Source: Azolla caroliniana
Taxonomy: Eukaryota > Plantae > Polypodiophyta
DNA length: 64,000 bases
Reading direction: 5' to 3'
Assembly: GCA_043228905.1 (NCBI GenBank)
Contig: JBHGNT010000007.1
Location: forward strand, 4,774,001 to 4,838,000
In this document: one piece after another, positions 1 through 13,588 of the stretch
Layout: the number at the start of each line of letters is the position of its first letter
How positions within the stretch are numbered: the stretch's first letter is position 1
Notes under the pieces: generated by a model
Told to the model about the DNA's origin: nothing
What the model saw: only the letters and a program-made list of their open reading frames with translations
Databases searched by the model: none
Made by a program: the position numbers and the translations under genes

Positions 1-3000
1 TTCCATTCCCCAACGAGCGAAACCGGAGCCGGAACAAGCTCGACCTTATACACTCCGATGTGCGGGGGCCGGCACAAAATGTTAGTCTTGGCGGGAGCCA
101 ATATTTCGTCTCCTTCATCGACGACCACACGTGGCACACGTGGATCTACCTCATTGAGAGGAAGAGCGAAGTCTTCGACTGTTTCCGTGACCTCAAAGGG
201 TTCGTGGAAACAGAAACAGGACGAAAGATCAAGTGCCTGCGGTCGGATGGCGGAAAAGAGTATTTTTCCGGTCAATTCAACGGTTATCTACAACAAATGG
301 GAATTCGGCGCGAATTCAGTTGTAGATACACGCCGAAGCAGAACGGCGTGACTGAGAGGAAGAATCGGTCAGTTGTGGAAGCGGCACGGGCAATGCTGGA
401 GGAGAAGAGCTTGCCCAAGTTCTACTGGGCCGAAGCGGTAAGGACCGCGGTATATATCCAGAACCGGATCGGAGACAAAGTGTCGGCGCACGAGCTATAT
501 TTCGGAACGAAGCCGAACTTGCGACACTTGAGGGTGTTTGGTAGCATTGCGTATGTGCATATACCGAAGGAGAAAAGGAGGAAGCTGGACGCAAAGGCCG
601 AGAAATGCATCTTGGTCGGTTACTTGGACAAGCAGAAGGGTTATAAGTGCTATAACCCTCGCACCAAACAAGCGCGTGTCAGCCGCGACGTTGTGTTTGA
701 CGAGTCCGCGTCCTGGTACCTGCCCCCGACTCCGAACCCTGCCCCCAATCCGAGCTCTGACGATGAGGACAGCGAGGCTGAGATGCCTCCGGATGAGCCC
801 GAAATCGAGACCTGCGAAGAGAGTCCGATTTCACTCCGTTTAAGTGGACCGATTGGACGACTGAGTCGGTACGACCAGTCCGATAAAGAGCCGGCGAGTA
901 GTGGAGACTCGGCCGTGCATTCCCCGCGCAGGAAGCCGAGGAGACGGCTTACGCGCAAGGAGAAAGGGAAGAAGAAGGTGTCGGATTCCGGCACGGATAG
1001 GAACGAGTCAAACCAACGTGAGTCCGACTCCGAGGGAACTGGTGACGGGTCTTTAAAGGTGAAAACCGTGTCGACCGAGAAGGCCTCGACATCGGCTAAT
1101 ACGAGATTACGCCGATCTACCCGCCAGAAGAATCCTGTTTTGCGGTTCGAATACAACGAGTACATGGCGCATCATTATGCGTACATGACCCGTGTAGCGG
1201 AAGTGCGTGAGCCGGAGAGCTACGCAGAAGCGGCTAAAGACGCGACTTGGCGGGCCGCGATGGAGGAAGAGATGCACGCATTGGCGGAGAACGAGACCTG
1301 GGACCTGGTTGATGCACCAACAGGGGTAAAACCGATTGGGTGTAGGTGGGTGTACAAGGTCAAGTACAACACCAACGGCTCCGTCAACCGGTACAAGGCT
1401 CGACTAGTGGCAAAGGGCTACGCGCAGAAACACGGCATCGACTACGATGAGACGTTTGCGCCGGTCGCGAAAATGACGACCGTCCGTGTTTTGCTCGCAG
1501 TAGCTGCGGCGAAGGGGTGGCACCTACATCAGATGGATGTCAAGAATGCGTTCCTGCAAGGTGACCTTGAGTAACAAGTGTACATGGTACAACCCCCCGG
1601 CTTTCACTCCGGAACGAACTCCTCGGCAGTATGCCGACTGAAGAAGTCCCTTTACGGACTGAAGCAAGCCCCACGTGCCTGGAACGCGAAGATCACGCAA
1701 CAATTGCGTCGGATGGGCTTCGTCACGTCAAAATCGGACTCTTCCCTGTTCATCCGGAAAGGTCGACTCGGACCGGTTAGTATTCTACTATATGTCGATG
1801 ACTTGGTCATCACCGGCGCCGACTAGGTGAAATCGACTGCGTGAAGCTCCAGCTTGCGGCATCGTTTGACATGAAGGATCTGGGGGACCTTCATTACTTC
1901 CTCGGGATCGAAGTGATCTGTATCCCCGAAGGCATATTGATCAGCCAATGTCATTACGTGCTGGATATGCTCTTCAAACTCGGGATGGCCGACTGTAAGT
2001 CCGTCTTGACTCCTCTGGACAGAACCATCAAGCTTCGTCCCGATACAGGAAAGGTATGTGACCCGACGAGGTTCTGACAAATTGTCGGAAGCCTCATATA
2101 CTTGACCATCACCCGACCCGACCTCAGTTATCCGGTCGGAGTGATAAGTCAGTTCATGGCGCGACCTACCGAGGAGCACCTTCAGTGTGCGCAACGCATA
2201 CTTCGGTATGTCAACGGCACTAAGGACCGGGGACTGCTATATCGGACCGGTGCAGCCGTGCAGTTAGTCGACTACACCGATGCTGATTGGGCTGGCAACG
2301 CCGCCGATCGCCAATCCACGTCTGGATACGCGTTCTCCCTTGGGAGTGCCGCGATCGCGTGGAGCAGTAAGAAGCAGCCGACAGTTGCACTATTGAGCAC
2401 CGAAGCTGAGTACCGAGGAGCGGCTGTCGCGACATGCAAAGCCATATGGTTGAAGCGGCTACTTAAGGACTTGCAAGAGGAGGTGTCTGATCCAACGACG
2501 ATCTACTGCGACAACCTCAACAGCATCCAACTTGCGAAGAACCTCGTCTTCCACTCACGGACCAAGCACATTGAGGTGCACTACCATTTCGTCCGTGAGC
2601 GTGTTATTTCCGGTGAAGTCGAACTTCAGTACGTTCCGACGGATCGGCAGACTGCCGACATCTTCACCAAGCCTCTTGGTCTGGACAAGTTGCGGCAATT
2701 CTCAGGTGTGCTCGGATTGCGTCACCTCGACGTGCCAAACTTGAGGGGGAGAACAGTCCCGAACGACCAAGCAAGGCAGCAGGAAAGGAGCGGAGACCGC
2801 GACACCACCGAGTTGGTTGACTCGGTTGTCGAGTTCGACTTCGGATCGGCTGAAGAAGCCGAGAGCGGACCCGCGGAAAAGTCCGGAAGCGGACAGAAGG
2901 GGAGCAGCCGAAGGAGAGAGCCGAAGCCAACCACGCATGGGGAAGATGACGCCACCAAGGGCGAGAAGAACGAAGACGAGTTGGAGACAGCCAACTCGGA

Positions 3001-3097
3001 CGAGAGCGAAAACCGATCGGGTGTAGCCGAGTCGATTCGGATGTTTGATTCAGACACGCTGAATCAACCGAGGCCCAAGCGGAGGAAAAGGCAGTAG
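1..3097 (+). pseudogene. Disrupted copia pol (IN-RT-RH) with acidic C-terminal extension
   Basis: ORFs 60-1574, 1578-1826, 1841-2077, 2102-3097 are collinear pieces separated by stop codons and one frameshift. Confidence 0.9.
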
Positions 3098-3283
3098 GAG
3101 AAGCGTCAACACCGCAATAGCAGAAGAGTTGATAAGGGCCGCATGAGCAGACAAGCCGACCGGAAGGGTCGAAGCGCGCGGAGTCAAACAGGTCGAGGAG
3201 CGCGAGCGAGGCGTGAAGCGAGGAGGAACCGGAGCTGTGAGCCCGAGGATCCCGAAGAGCCTCGAGTTGAGCTTGAGGGGGAG

Positions 3284-3678
3284 TGTTGAGAGACAAGCTC
3301 AACATCGGCCGGATCGGTTGAAGAAGCCGAGGACCGGATCGGTTGGGACCAATCGGTTAGACCGAGTGCGTAAACCGGGAGGCCGTTAGGAAAGATATTC
3401 CGTGAGGAATATATTTGGGAGTTAGTGTAGGAGCTCTTAATGAGCATTGAAGTACGGTCAGTACTTCGGTCAGTCCTTCGAGGACTTGTATAAAAGTGTT
3501 CATGGAACACACATGTGTATAGAGTAGTGAATCGAGATCTTTTGTTGTTGAATATAGTTCCTCTTTCTCTCTCTGTCTCTCCCGCGTATACAGCGTAAGC
3601 TCAAGCTCTCCATTAAACCTGAGTTTTCTATCTTCTGTTCGGTCTTCATACTTGCTTCCGCACGCTACTTTCTACACA
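3284..3678 (+). repeat. 3' LTR of copia A
   Basis: Starts TGTTGAG right after the PPT, has TATAAAA near 3490, ends CTACACA where another copia RNaseH frame (STTEAEYVAA) begins. Confidence 0.75.
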
Positions 3679-4440
3679 CCTCAACGACTGAAGCGGAATA
3701 TGTAGCTGCATCCGACACGGCAAAAGAAGCTTTATGGCTCGATCGGCTGGCGCACACGTTTCGACAGGTCGACTCTGACTCGGCTCCAGTTGTCTACAGC
3801 GACAGTCAGGGTGTTGTTGCCTTGTCAAAAAATCTGGTTCACCACAAAGCCTCTATGCATATCAACGTTCGATATCACTTCGTTCGGGACTGCGTCATTT
3901 TAGGGAAAATCGGTCTCGAGAAGATATCCACAACCGATAATGTCGAAGATATCCACAACCGATTGTGTCTTTCGGCCGATCGTTTTCGGTCCCTTCGGCA
4001 CTAGATGGGTGTAACGAAAAATCAGTCTGATTAAAGTCAGACACACAACACGGGATGGTTTCGGACCACTGACATCGGTTCTCTAAGGATCGGCTTCAGC
4101 TCTTCCGACCTGACCGGTTCGGTCCTCTGTCTTCGGATCTTGCCGACTCTGACAAAACCGATCTGTCCGATAAACCTTGTATATATATACCTGTAATTCT
4201 TTAGATAACCCATGTATACGCCCATTACAGGGGGGTGTCGAATACGAGTGTATAATGGTCGTATTCACACTATCCCTTTGGACAACCCAAGTTTGGGCTA
4301 TTTCTGTAAATAGCATAAAAGGCAGTTGCCCTAGGAAAGTCACTATATAAAGTGACTTTGTAACCTTTAGAAAAGGTTGTTGCTATCATTGGTTGTTATT
4401 TTTGTAACTGTTGCTATTGGAATATAACGTTTCCGTTGTG

Positions 4441-4494
<54 letters not shown>

Positions 4495-4525
4495 CCTATG
4501 TGTCTATCTTGCTCATGCATACACA
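3679..4525 (+). mobile_element. Copia B 3' fragment (RNaseH, PPT, 3' LTR), apparent host of copia A
   Basis: STTEAEYVAASDTAKEALWL...HINVRYHFVRD; PPT AGGGGGG 4229-4235; LTR from TGTCG 4236 to ~TACACA 4525, containing (CT)n. Confidence 0.75.
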
Positions 4526-7500
4526 GGTTCTTCTTCATCACGAATGTTGCTTGCACTTCCGCATTGACGGCCTTGTCCCCAACACTTCTGACATAATCAA
4601 GTTGCAGGAACACCACCTCGATAGTACTCGTTCAAAGGAAGTTGGAGACCTTCTACCAGGATCATGGCGAACAATTTGGGAGCCAACAATAGGTGAGGAT
4701 GGAAATTATGGTGGTATTTGTAGTTTGATTCGGGAAAATCTAGCCCAAGGCTTAATACTCCAAGAATCACTTATAACTGGTAGGGCACATTTTTGCACAC
4801 TGGCCATCCTAGAGCAACACTGGAATTTCATGATGTTTATGCTCCAGATAGCAACACAAAAAGGGCAACATTCTGGGAGCGCATTCGCCTACAAGTAGCA
4901 GGTGCGGAGGACTGATGCATTGCAGGGGATTTTAATATGATCGAATCCCTTCACGATAGCTCTAACAACAATCCCATAGTTCTACAAGGAAGGGAACGAA
5001 AACAATGGGAGAAGTTATGTCTACACCTTAACCTGAGAGATATATGGCACTCAGACAACTTCCAACGAAAAAGGGACTCACTCTCAGATGTGGAAATGTG
5101 GCATAAAAGAATTGGTCACATAAGTATGCGAACCTTGAAAAATATGTTGAGGAAAAATGCAGTGGCTGGACTGCCTAAGTTGAAAGATTGTGAGATGAGC
5201 AAAATATGTGAAGCATGCCAATATGGAAAGCAAAACAGGTTACGTTTCCCTCATGAAAGACATGTAAGCAAAAATTTGTTGGATTTGATACATACAGATG
5301 TATGGGGACCAACAAAAAATGCATCAATTAGTGGATGTAAGTTTTATGTAACATTTATTGATGATTGCTCAAGGAAAACATGGGTTTATTTCATGAAAGA
5401 AAAAAGTGAAGTATTTGATTGCTTCCGTAAGTTTAAATGCATGGTAGAAAAGTAGACTGGAACTAGAATATGTTTAAGATCTAATGGAGGAGGAGAATAC
5501 TTCTCAAATGAATTTTCTGATTTTCTATGCAATCAAGGAATAAGGAGATAGTTTACATGTAGATATACCCCACAACAAAATGGAGTTGTTGAGAGAAAAA
5601 ACAGAACTCTAGTGAATATAGCAAGGGCCATGATGACTGAAAAGAATATGCCATTGTATTACTGGGCAGAAGCTGTAAACACAACAAACTTTATTCTAAA
5701 TAGATGTATAACATCTGGAGTACATGAAGTAACTCTTGAAGAATGTTTCTATTGAAGGAAACCTAGTTTAGGACACTTAAAGTGTTTGGATGCCTTGCCT
5801 ATGTTCATGTACCTGTTGAAGTAAGAAGTAAGCTTGATCCAAAAGCTGAAAAATGTGTTCTTGTTGGATATTCAGAGGAGCAAAAAGGGTATAGATGCTA
5901 TAATCCATTAACAAAAAATATTGTGGTAAGCCGTGATGTAATATTTGATGAGTTGGGCAGCTGGTACAACCCAAAAGGAAATGTAGAAACAGATGAAGAT
6001 TGTGAAAATGAAGATAGAGAAAATTTTGAAAATGGAAGAGATTCCCATGGAAATGGAAACAATGTTGGACAACAAAGTTCAACATCAATAGAATGTTCTG
6101 GACCATCTAAAAACTCTAGTAGTAAAGCTGAATCTAATGCTTGGAGTGGAAAAAATGCAGGACACAAAAAATATGATGATAGAAAGGGAAAACAGAAGAT
6201 GCCAGAATATGAAATGCTAGATGATGGGTCTAGAAACATGGAAGATGTAGATTCAGATACATCATTGGATGACGAGCTTGGTATACGAGCCTTGAAAATC
6301 CCTAGTATTGAAAAAGCAATGAAAGATGCAAATCAAAAACTGAGAAGATTAGATAGAGAGAACAAGACTGTTGAAATATTTGGTTATGATACATATATGG
6401 CTATGCATTATGCATACATGTCTAAAGTGGTACAAATCCCTGATCCAAATAGTTTTGATGAAGCAAAATCTGATAAGAAATGGGTGAATGCAATGCAAGA
6501 AGAAATAGATGCATTGGCTGAAAACAGAACATGGGATTTGGTAAAGTTACCGAAAGGAAAATATGTTGTAGGTTGCAAATGGGTCTACAAGACAAAGCAT
6601 GATTCCAATGGAAATGTTAGTAGACATAAAAGAAGACTTGTGGCAAAGAGATATGCCCAGATGCATGGAATTGATTATGATGAAACATTTGCACCGGTTG
6701 CAAAGATGGCAACATCGAGAACACTACTTGTTGTGAGTGCAACCAAAAGATGGGCTCTACACCATATGGATGTAAAAAATGCTTTTTTACATGGTAACTT
6801 AGAAGAAGAAATGTATATATGTCAACCAATAGGTTTTGAAGATAAGAAGCATCCAGAATATGTATGTAGGTTGAAAAAGGCTCTCTATGGATTGAAACAA
6901 GCAACTAGGGCATGGCATAAAGAACTTTTAGAATCTCTAAAAAAATTTGCTTTCAAAATGTCAAAGGCTAATCCATCATTGTATGTAAAAAGGATAAATG
7001 ATTGCGTTGTTGTTATTTTGATTTATGTTGATGATTTAATCATTGGAGGTGATTCCATGGATGAAATAAGCATGCCGAAAAAAAATCTTTAAATGCAATT
7101 TCATATGAAGGTTTTGGGAGAGTTGAGATACTTTCTTGGCATTGAGATGATCAAATTTGAAAGTGGTATATATATGTTGCAAAAACAGTATGCAACAACT
7201 ATGTTGAAGAAGTATGGTATGCTTGGATGCAAACCTATTGATGTACCACTGGATAAGAACTACAAATTGAGGGTTGATTTGGGAGCCAAAATAGAAGATG
7301 TAAACATGTACATGTCTATGGTGGGCAACCTCATATATTTGACCATAACAAGACCTGATTTGAGTTAAATGTTGTTGGATTAGTCTGCCAGTTTATGCAA
7401 CAGCCAACAAAGCCACCTTTGGATTGCATTAGAAGAATTTTGAGGTATGTAAAAGCTATTCAAAATTATGGACTGTTTTACAGGGCTGATCTGGACATAA

Positions 7501-10500
7501 AGCTGGAAGGATATACAGATGCCGATTGGGCTGGAAGCCAAATTGACAGAAGATCCACAAGTGGATATATGTTTACATTGGGAAGTGTAGCTATTTCATG
7601 GAGTAGCAAGAAACAAGCTACTGTTGCACTATCAAGTACTGAAGCTGAATATAGAGGAGTTGCAATAGCCACCTGTGAAGAGGTATGGATCAGAAGATTG
7701 CTTTCTGATTTGGGAGAGTATATAGATGGTGCAGTCACAATTTGGTGTGACAGTATGAGCAACATTCACCTGGAAAAAAACCCAGCGTTCCATGCAAGAA
7801 CAAAGCACATTGAAGTGCATTATCACTTTGTTAGAGGAAAAGTGATTGATGGAGAAGTGGATCTGTTGTATGTAAGTACAAATCAGCAAGTTGCCGATAT
7901 TCTTAGGAAGGGATTGAGTATGGAAAACATACACAGTTTAGAGACATGATGGGAGTTATAACCATTGGCATGTTAGTTGAAAAGCATGAAGAAAAAAAGA
8001 TTGAAGATTATCCCAAGAAATGATAAGTTGAGCTTGAGGGGGAGTGTTGAGAAGCAAGCTCAACAAAGGTATGTGATGCTTATTGAGAAATAAGCTATAG
8101 TAGCTATTGGTTAATTAGCTACTAGTGGACATAAAGGTGAAACAACTATTTAGCTATGCACAACTATTTAGCTACTGATAGCTAATTAGCTACATATATA
8201 AGTCACTTATAACTTAGGTAAAAAGTAGTAACTAGAAAAGAGAGTAAGAGTGAGAGTAGAGAAGAGAAGAGAGAAGAGAGAATAGAAAAACAGACGAGAG
8301 CGAGTTGAGCTCTGCGTGTAATGAAATAGAAGAAGCTTTTTGGTTTGCTACACAGAGGTAAGTCTCCTTCCCCTTCCTTTCTGTCTTGAGCACTAAACGA
8401 TCGAGCACATCACGATCCGCTGTGCACATAGAAGAGCCGTAGTGCCTTCGTAACACATATGGACGAAATAGTGGACCCACCCTATCTCGCATTTACCGCA
8501 TTTATGTAGGTGAGGCCCTAGAAGCGAAGGGAGGGTGGTGTCGCATAACACCAGGCATGACTTTCTCCGAACATTACCTAGCAATTAGTCACTTTCAATT
8601 ACACTGAAAGTGGGGCCCATTTCAAACTCTAATCCTGCACACTATCTACACAGTCACAGAGGTGAAGGAACAACTCGTCAACCAATGGTCATTACCTGTC
8701 AATGCCTCATTAGCATTTGACAAAGTTCTAGCTAAATTAATAAGAGTTTCAACTCTACTACACAAGATTGTCAAGACCAGAAGCAAGGATGCTCAGGAAA
8801 AGTGACATAGGACAAAACGGGGACTAATAGCCTTACAACGACTCCAATAGAGATACCCGGCATGTAGTTGGATCGCGGGACAGGTTGTGATGGCCAAACA
8901 TGAACTCATCATTGTGGAAAAGACAATCTATGACATGGTGTTTCATGGAAGCATGACTCGATAGATTCGAGTAGGGGACAAATCCACGAAGGAATTTTTC
9001 CGATCCAAGGGACCGAGGCACGCTAGAACAATGATGCGTAGCCTCAATCGAGAGGATGGAACGATCACTGAGGATGGCGACGAAATGAGGAATATCTCCA
9101 CAAGTTACTACAAGAGACTACTTACCGAAGATAATATGGCCACAGGGGAAGACACACGAGAAGATATTATCCTCCAGAGCATACCCGAGAAAGTCACGAC
9201 GGAAATGAATACATGACTCGTGTGTCCCTTATCAAACATCGAGATATGGGAGGCCCTCTCCAATTTGGATGCAAATAGTGGCCCGGAATCGATGGCCTCA
9301 CTCCTCACTTTTTCACGTGCCTTTGGGACACTATTAAAGAAGACCTCCTCCAGGCCTATGAGGAGATCATCACCTCTAGAAACATGCCGGAGGAATTTGG
9401 ATAGGGGATGATACATCTCATTCCTAAAAGTGGTGGGAGTGAGTGCCAACGACATTCATAAGTGGCAGCCCATAACTCTTCTCAATACTCTCTATAAGTT
9501 TCGTGCAAAAACCGTGGCATGTCTCTTAGCACCACTTCTTCCCAGACATGTTTTGTTAGAAATCGGAGCATCCTAGACAACCTTTTCTTGTTTTGGGAAG
9601 CAATAGCCCTTACCAAGCGTACCAACAAAAAGGTAGTTGTGGTGCTCCTAGACTTTGAGAAAGCATATGACAGGGTATGGTGGAACTTTCTAGAAAGTGT
9701 GATGGGGAAACTCGGCTTTCAAGAGTCATGGATCCAAGGCATTGCATGACTTTATTGGAGCGCCAACAATTGTGTTTCATTAGCAGGTGAAAGGGGCCCC
9801 TTCTTCCAACTATCTCGGTCTGTATGACAGGGATGCCCACTGGCTCCATCCTTATTTCTTTTATACGTCGAAGCACTCTCTAATTTTCTCAACTCATGAC
9901 AACTAAACCTACGCGGTCTTCATGTGCCGCATTCTCACCAAAGCCTCCTGGATATAGAATTTGGAGATGACACCGCAATCTACCTACAAGGGGACTTGGA
10001 AAATCTACAAAAGTAGAAAGTGGTTTAGACGTATTTTGCAAGAGATCCAATGCCATGATCAATTGGCACAAATCCTGTGCAATATGGCTCTCTCCTAAAG
10101 CACATCCTACGTGGCACCCCCATCCCGCTTTCAAGTGGATCAATTAAGGAGCGAGCACCAAATATTTGGGTTTCCAAATTGGGTTCAACATACCTCCGGA
10201 GACTATGATTGCACCAATTATTCACTCCATTCGACAAAAGTTGATACATTGGAGTTCAAAAAAACTCTCGCTAGTGGGGTGCATCATAGTGGCAAATCAG
10301 GTATTACTCGCAATAGCGTGGTACGGACTATCATGTTGGACAATCTCCAAGGAAAGTATACACTAGATTCAGCGATTGGTATGCAACTACATTTGGTCTG
10401 GTAAGAAAGATCATGCAACTCGGGCCAAGGTGGTGTGACCTATACTCACATCACCCAAGTTGAGAGGAGGATTGGGTCTTATTGATCCCCTCTCACAATC

Positions 10501-11048
10501 AAAAGCCCTACTCGCCAAATTTGTGGTGCGAGGACTCCAACCAGGGAATGATTGCTGGAATATGCTCTTGCGGTTACATTTCGCTTACTTTAAGCCAAAA
10601 AAGGGGCCAATTGGGACCCCCAAACTGAATGGATTCTAAACATGGAGCTCAAACCTAGTTTCTCCCGCCAATTGGAGGATAGATTCAGTGCATCCATGTG
10701 GAAGGCGTGGTGTGACATTAGACAAGGGCTCAAGTGCGATCAACCTAACTCTGAACCTGCTTGGCTCAATCAACGTATCCTATGGAACCCATGTATCAGA
10801 GATAAATCTAATCAACTAATTGGATCAAGTAAGCAAACCCATCCCTTTCTTTCAATTCACAACTAGATTGGGTCACCATATTCTAGCTGCTCAAACCGCC
10901 CGAGAGCCGGTTGCTGCAAAGGTCTAGCACACATATAATGTTCCTCACACAATTATCACCAAGTTTTGGAAAAAAATCTAGAAACAAGAACACGCACGAC
11001 GAATCACCACTTTCCAATGGCTATTAATACATAGGTCACTACCGGTTA
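4526..11048 (+). mobile_element. Degenerate L1-type LINE ORF2 (endonuclease-RT), interrupted by copia C at ~5085-8457
   Basis: APE motifs DIIKLQEHH, GDFNMI, SRIYRIYV; RT motifs WQPITLLN, LDFEKAYDRV, QGCPLAP, FGDDT; many stops and frameshifts. Confidence 0.85.
5085..8457 (+). mobile_element. Ty1/copia element C (AT-rich), 5'-truncated, decayed pol with PPT and 3' LTR
   Basis: WHKRIGH pre-integrase, IHTDVWG, RT IYVDD, RNaseH YTDADW; PPT 8034-8044; LTR starts 8045 and ends at CACA 8457 (alternative end 8354). Confidence 0.88.
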
Positions 11049-12983
11049 TCATTGTGTGTGTGTGTGTGTGTCTATGTGCGTTCACTCTCTATTTCCCATT
11101 TTTGTGTTTCATTCTCATTGAAGTGATTCAAGACTCGGTTGTGGCCGAGCAGTATTCTGCACGATTCTCTTCAATCTAGTATCAGAGCAAACAACATAGA
11201 AAATGAAAGAATTGCTCGGCGGCATGTTCAAGCTCACCGGCTCCAACTACTGAGCGTGGAAGTCAAAGATGAGGGATATGTTGGTGGTTAAAGATGTTTG
11301 GTTGCCGGTTTAGTTCGACGACAAGAGACCGGATAAGATCGACACCATAGTGTGGGAGGTGATGCACATGAAGACGACGGCATACATCCGGTGCTTCATC
11401 AACATGAGCTTGTACAACAACTTCAATGAAGAGAGCAAGGCTCATGAACTCTAGGAGAAGATCGGCATCATGTTCCAGAACAAGAATGTTGTTAATCGGG
11501 TTTCGGTATTCCGGAAGCTAGTGAGGCTCTGGTACCAGGATGGTTCCAGTATGACGGAGCACATGAATGCCTTCCAGGGAATGATACACCAGACAACCTC
11601 GTTGGAAGTACCTCTCGCTGATGAGGTACTCACATTACTCCTGCTCGATTCCCTCTTAGATAGTTGGGAGATGCTAGTTGTCACGTTGGGCAACGCTGGG
11701 CCGGAAGGAAAACATTTGTCCCTAGCAAGAGTCAAGTCAAGCCTGCTAGATGAAGAAGCTCGCCGGAAGGACTGGAGTCCGGAACCGATCCGAAGGCCTT
11801 GGTCACGGAAGATGACCACAACTAGGGAAGAGGCCGGTATCGAAGTCCCCAAAACCGAGACGAGCTCGAAGTCAAGGGGGAGGCATACTTGCTTCTATTG
11901 TGGGAAGCCGGCGCACTTCTAGAAGAACTGTCGGCATTTTCGGAAAGAGAAAGAAACCGGCATTACTGATTCAAAGAAGAGTTCGGACCGAAACGGTTCG
12001 GACCGAAGAGGCCGGAATGGGAATGGAACGTCGGCAATCGCAACAAGTGAGGAGGAACGGATGCTCATTACCGAGGAGAATGAGTTAAACCTTGTCGGCG
12101 ACGAGACCCGGGGACTTCACTATCAAAACTTGTATGATAGCACGTGAGTTCATCAAAAGGGGTTTTAATTAATCAGTGAGATACAGAATATATATACATA
12201 AGGGTATTAATAAAGATTTGAAAATATTTTTACATAAGGGTATTATCAATTATGCTGAAAAAAAAATTACGTAAGCCCATGAAATATTAGATATTTCAAT
12301 GAGATAGTAAAGAATATATTATGCAAAGAATACTCAAATTTGAAGTGGCATACATACATAACATACATACATACATATACATGCATGCATCCATATATAC
12401 CTACATTCAAACATTACATCCATGAATATGTATATACATACATACATTACACCCATTTATACATGCATGCTGACTAAACATAAATATATATTACCATATG
12501 TAAATATGTACATACACATACATACATGCATTACATACTACATAGATATTAAAATTGGCCATATATATTGACATACATATATAGATAATACATACATAAA
12601 AATTACATATTACATTTATACATACACTTCCTTACAAACATATTTTATATATTACCATATGTAAATATGTACATACACATACATACATGCATTACATACT
12701 ACATACATATTAGAATTGGCCATATATATTGACATACATATATAGATAATACATACATACATAAAAATTACATATTACATTTATACATACACTTCCTTAC
12801 AAACATATTTTATATATTACATATGTACAAATATATATTACCATATGTAAATATGTACATACACATACATGCATGCATTACATACAACATACATATTAGA
12901 ATTGGCCATATATATTGACATACATACATAAAAATTACATATTACATTTATACGCACACTTCCTTACAAACATATTTTATATA

Positions 12984-13114
12984 GGGAAAAGTACCAAGAT
13001 ACCCCTGGAAGTTTGTCTATTTACCAGAATGCCCCTGTAGTTTGGTAAATTTGAAACTTCCAGGGGCATTCTGGTAAATAGACAAACTTCCAGGGGTATC
13101 CTGGTACTTTTCCC
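12984..13114. mobile_element. 131-bp hairpin MITE, Mutator-type (9-bp TSD)
   Basis: GGGAAAAGTACC...GGTACTTTTCCC with ~59-bp arms; TSD TTTTATATA 12975-12983 and 13115-13123. Confidence 0.9.
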
Positions 13115-13588
13115 TTTTATATATTACATATTACACACATTTATTATTATACACACAATTATATACAAATGCAAATATACAAACCAAACACACAAAAAAA
13201 AAAAAATCATATTATATATATATATTATATACACATACATACACATACACACATTCCATACATACAATACAATACAATATGTACATACATACACACACAA
13301 ACATAACACACATCAAACATGCATATCATATACATGCATATATACCTACAAGCTACATTCATATATCACACATCACACATGCATATATACCTACATCCAT
13401 GAATATGTATATACATACATTACACTCATTTATACATACATATTAACTAAACATAAATATATGTACAAATATATATTACCATATGTAAATATGTACATAA
13501 TACATATAATAAAATTACATATTACATACATATATACATACACAAATGCATATATACATACAAAACACACAAAAATAAATTACATATT

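Larger units (their letters stand above)
1..3678 (+). mobile_element. Ty1/copia LTR retrotransposon A (GC-rich), 5' part outside window; integrase-RT-RNaseH, PPT and 3' LTR
   Basis: Integrase motifs ([22 protein letters not shown]), RT ([16 protein letters not shown]), RNaseH (YTDADW, EAEY, RTKHIEVHYHFVRE); PPT TTGAGGGGGAG 3273-3283; LTR TG..CA 3284-~3678. Confidence 0.93.

Noticed and set aside
4937-5455. Novel endonuclease-integrase fusion ORF
   Set aside because: Chance in-frame junction between a LINE and a truncated copia at ~5085
12118-12122. CACTA (EnSpm) classification of the DNA transposon
   Set aside because: CACTA lies 11 bp inside the ends; the TSD is 8-10 bp outside CCCGGG, not 3 bp next to CACTA, and no Transposase_21-like motifs are visible
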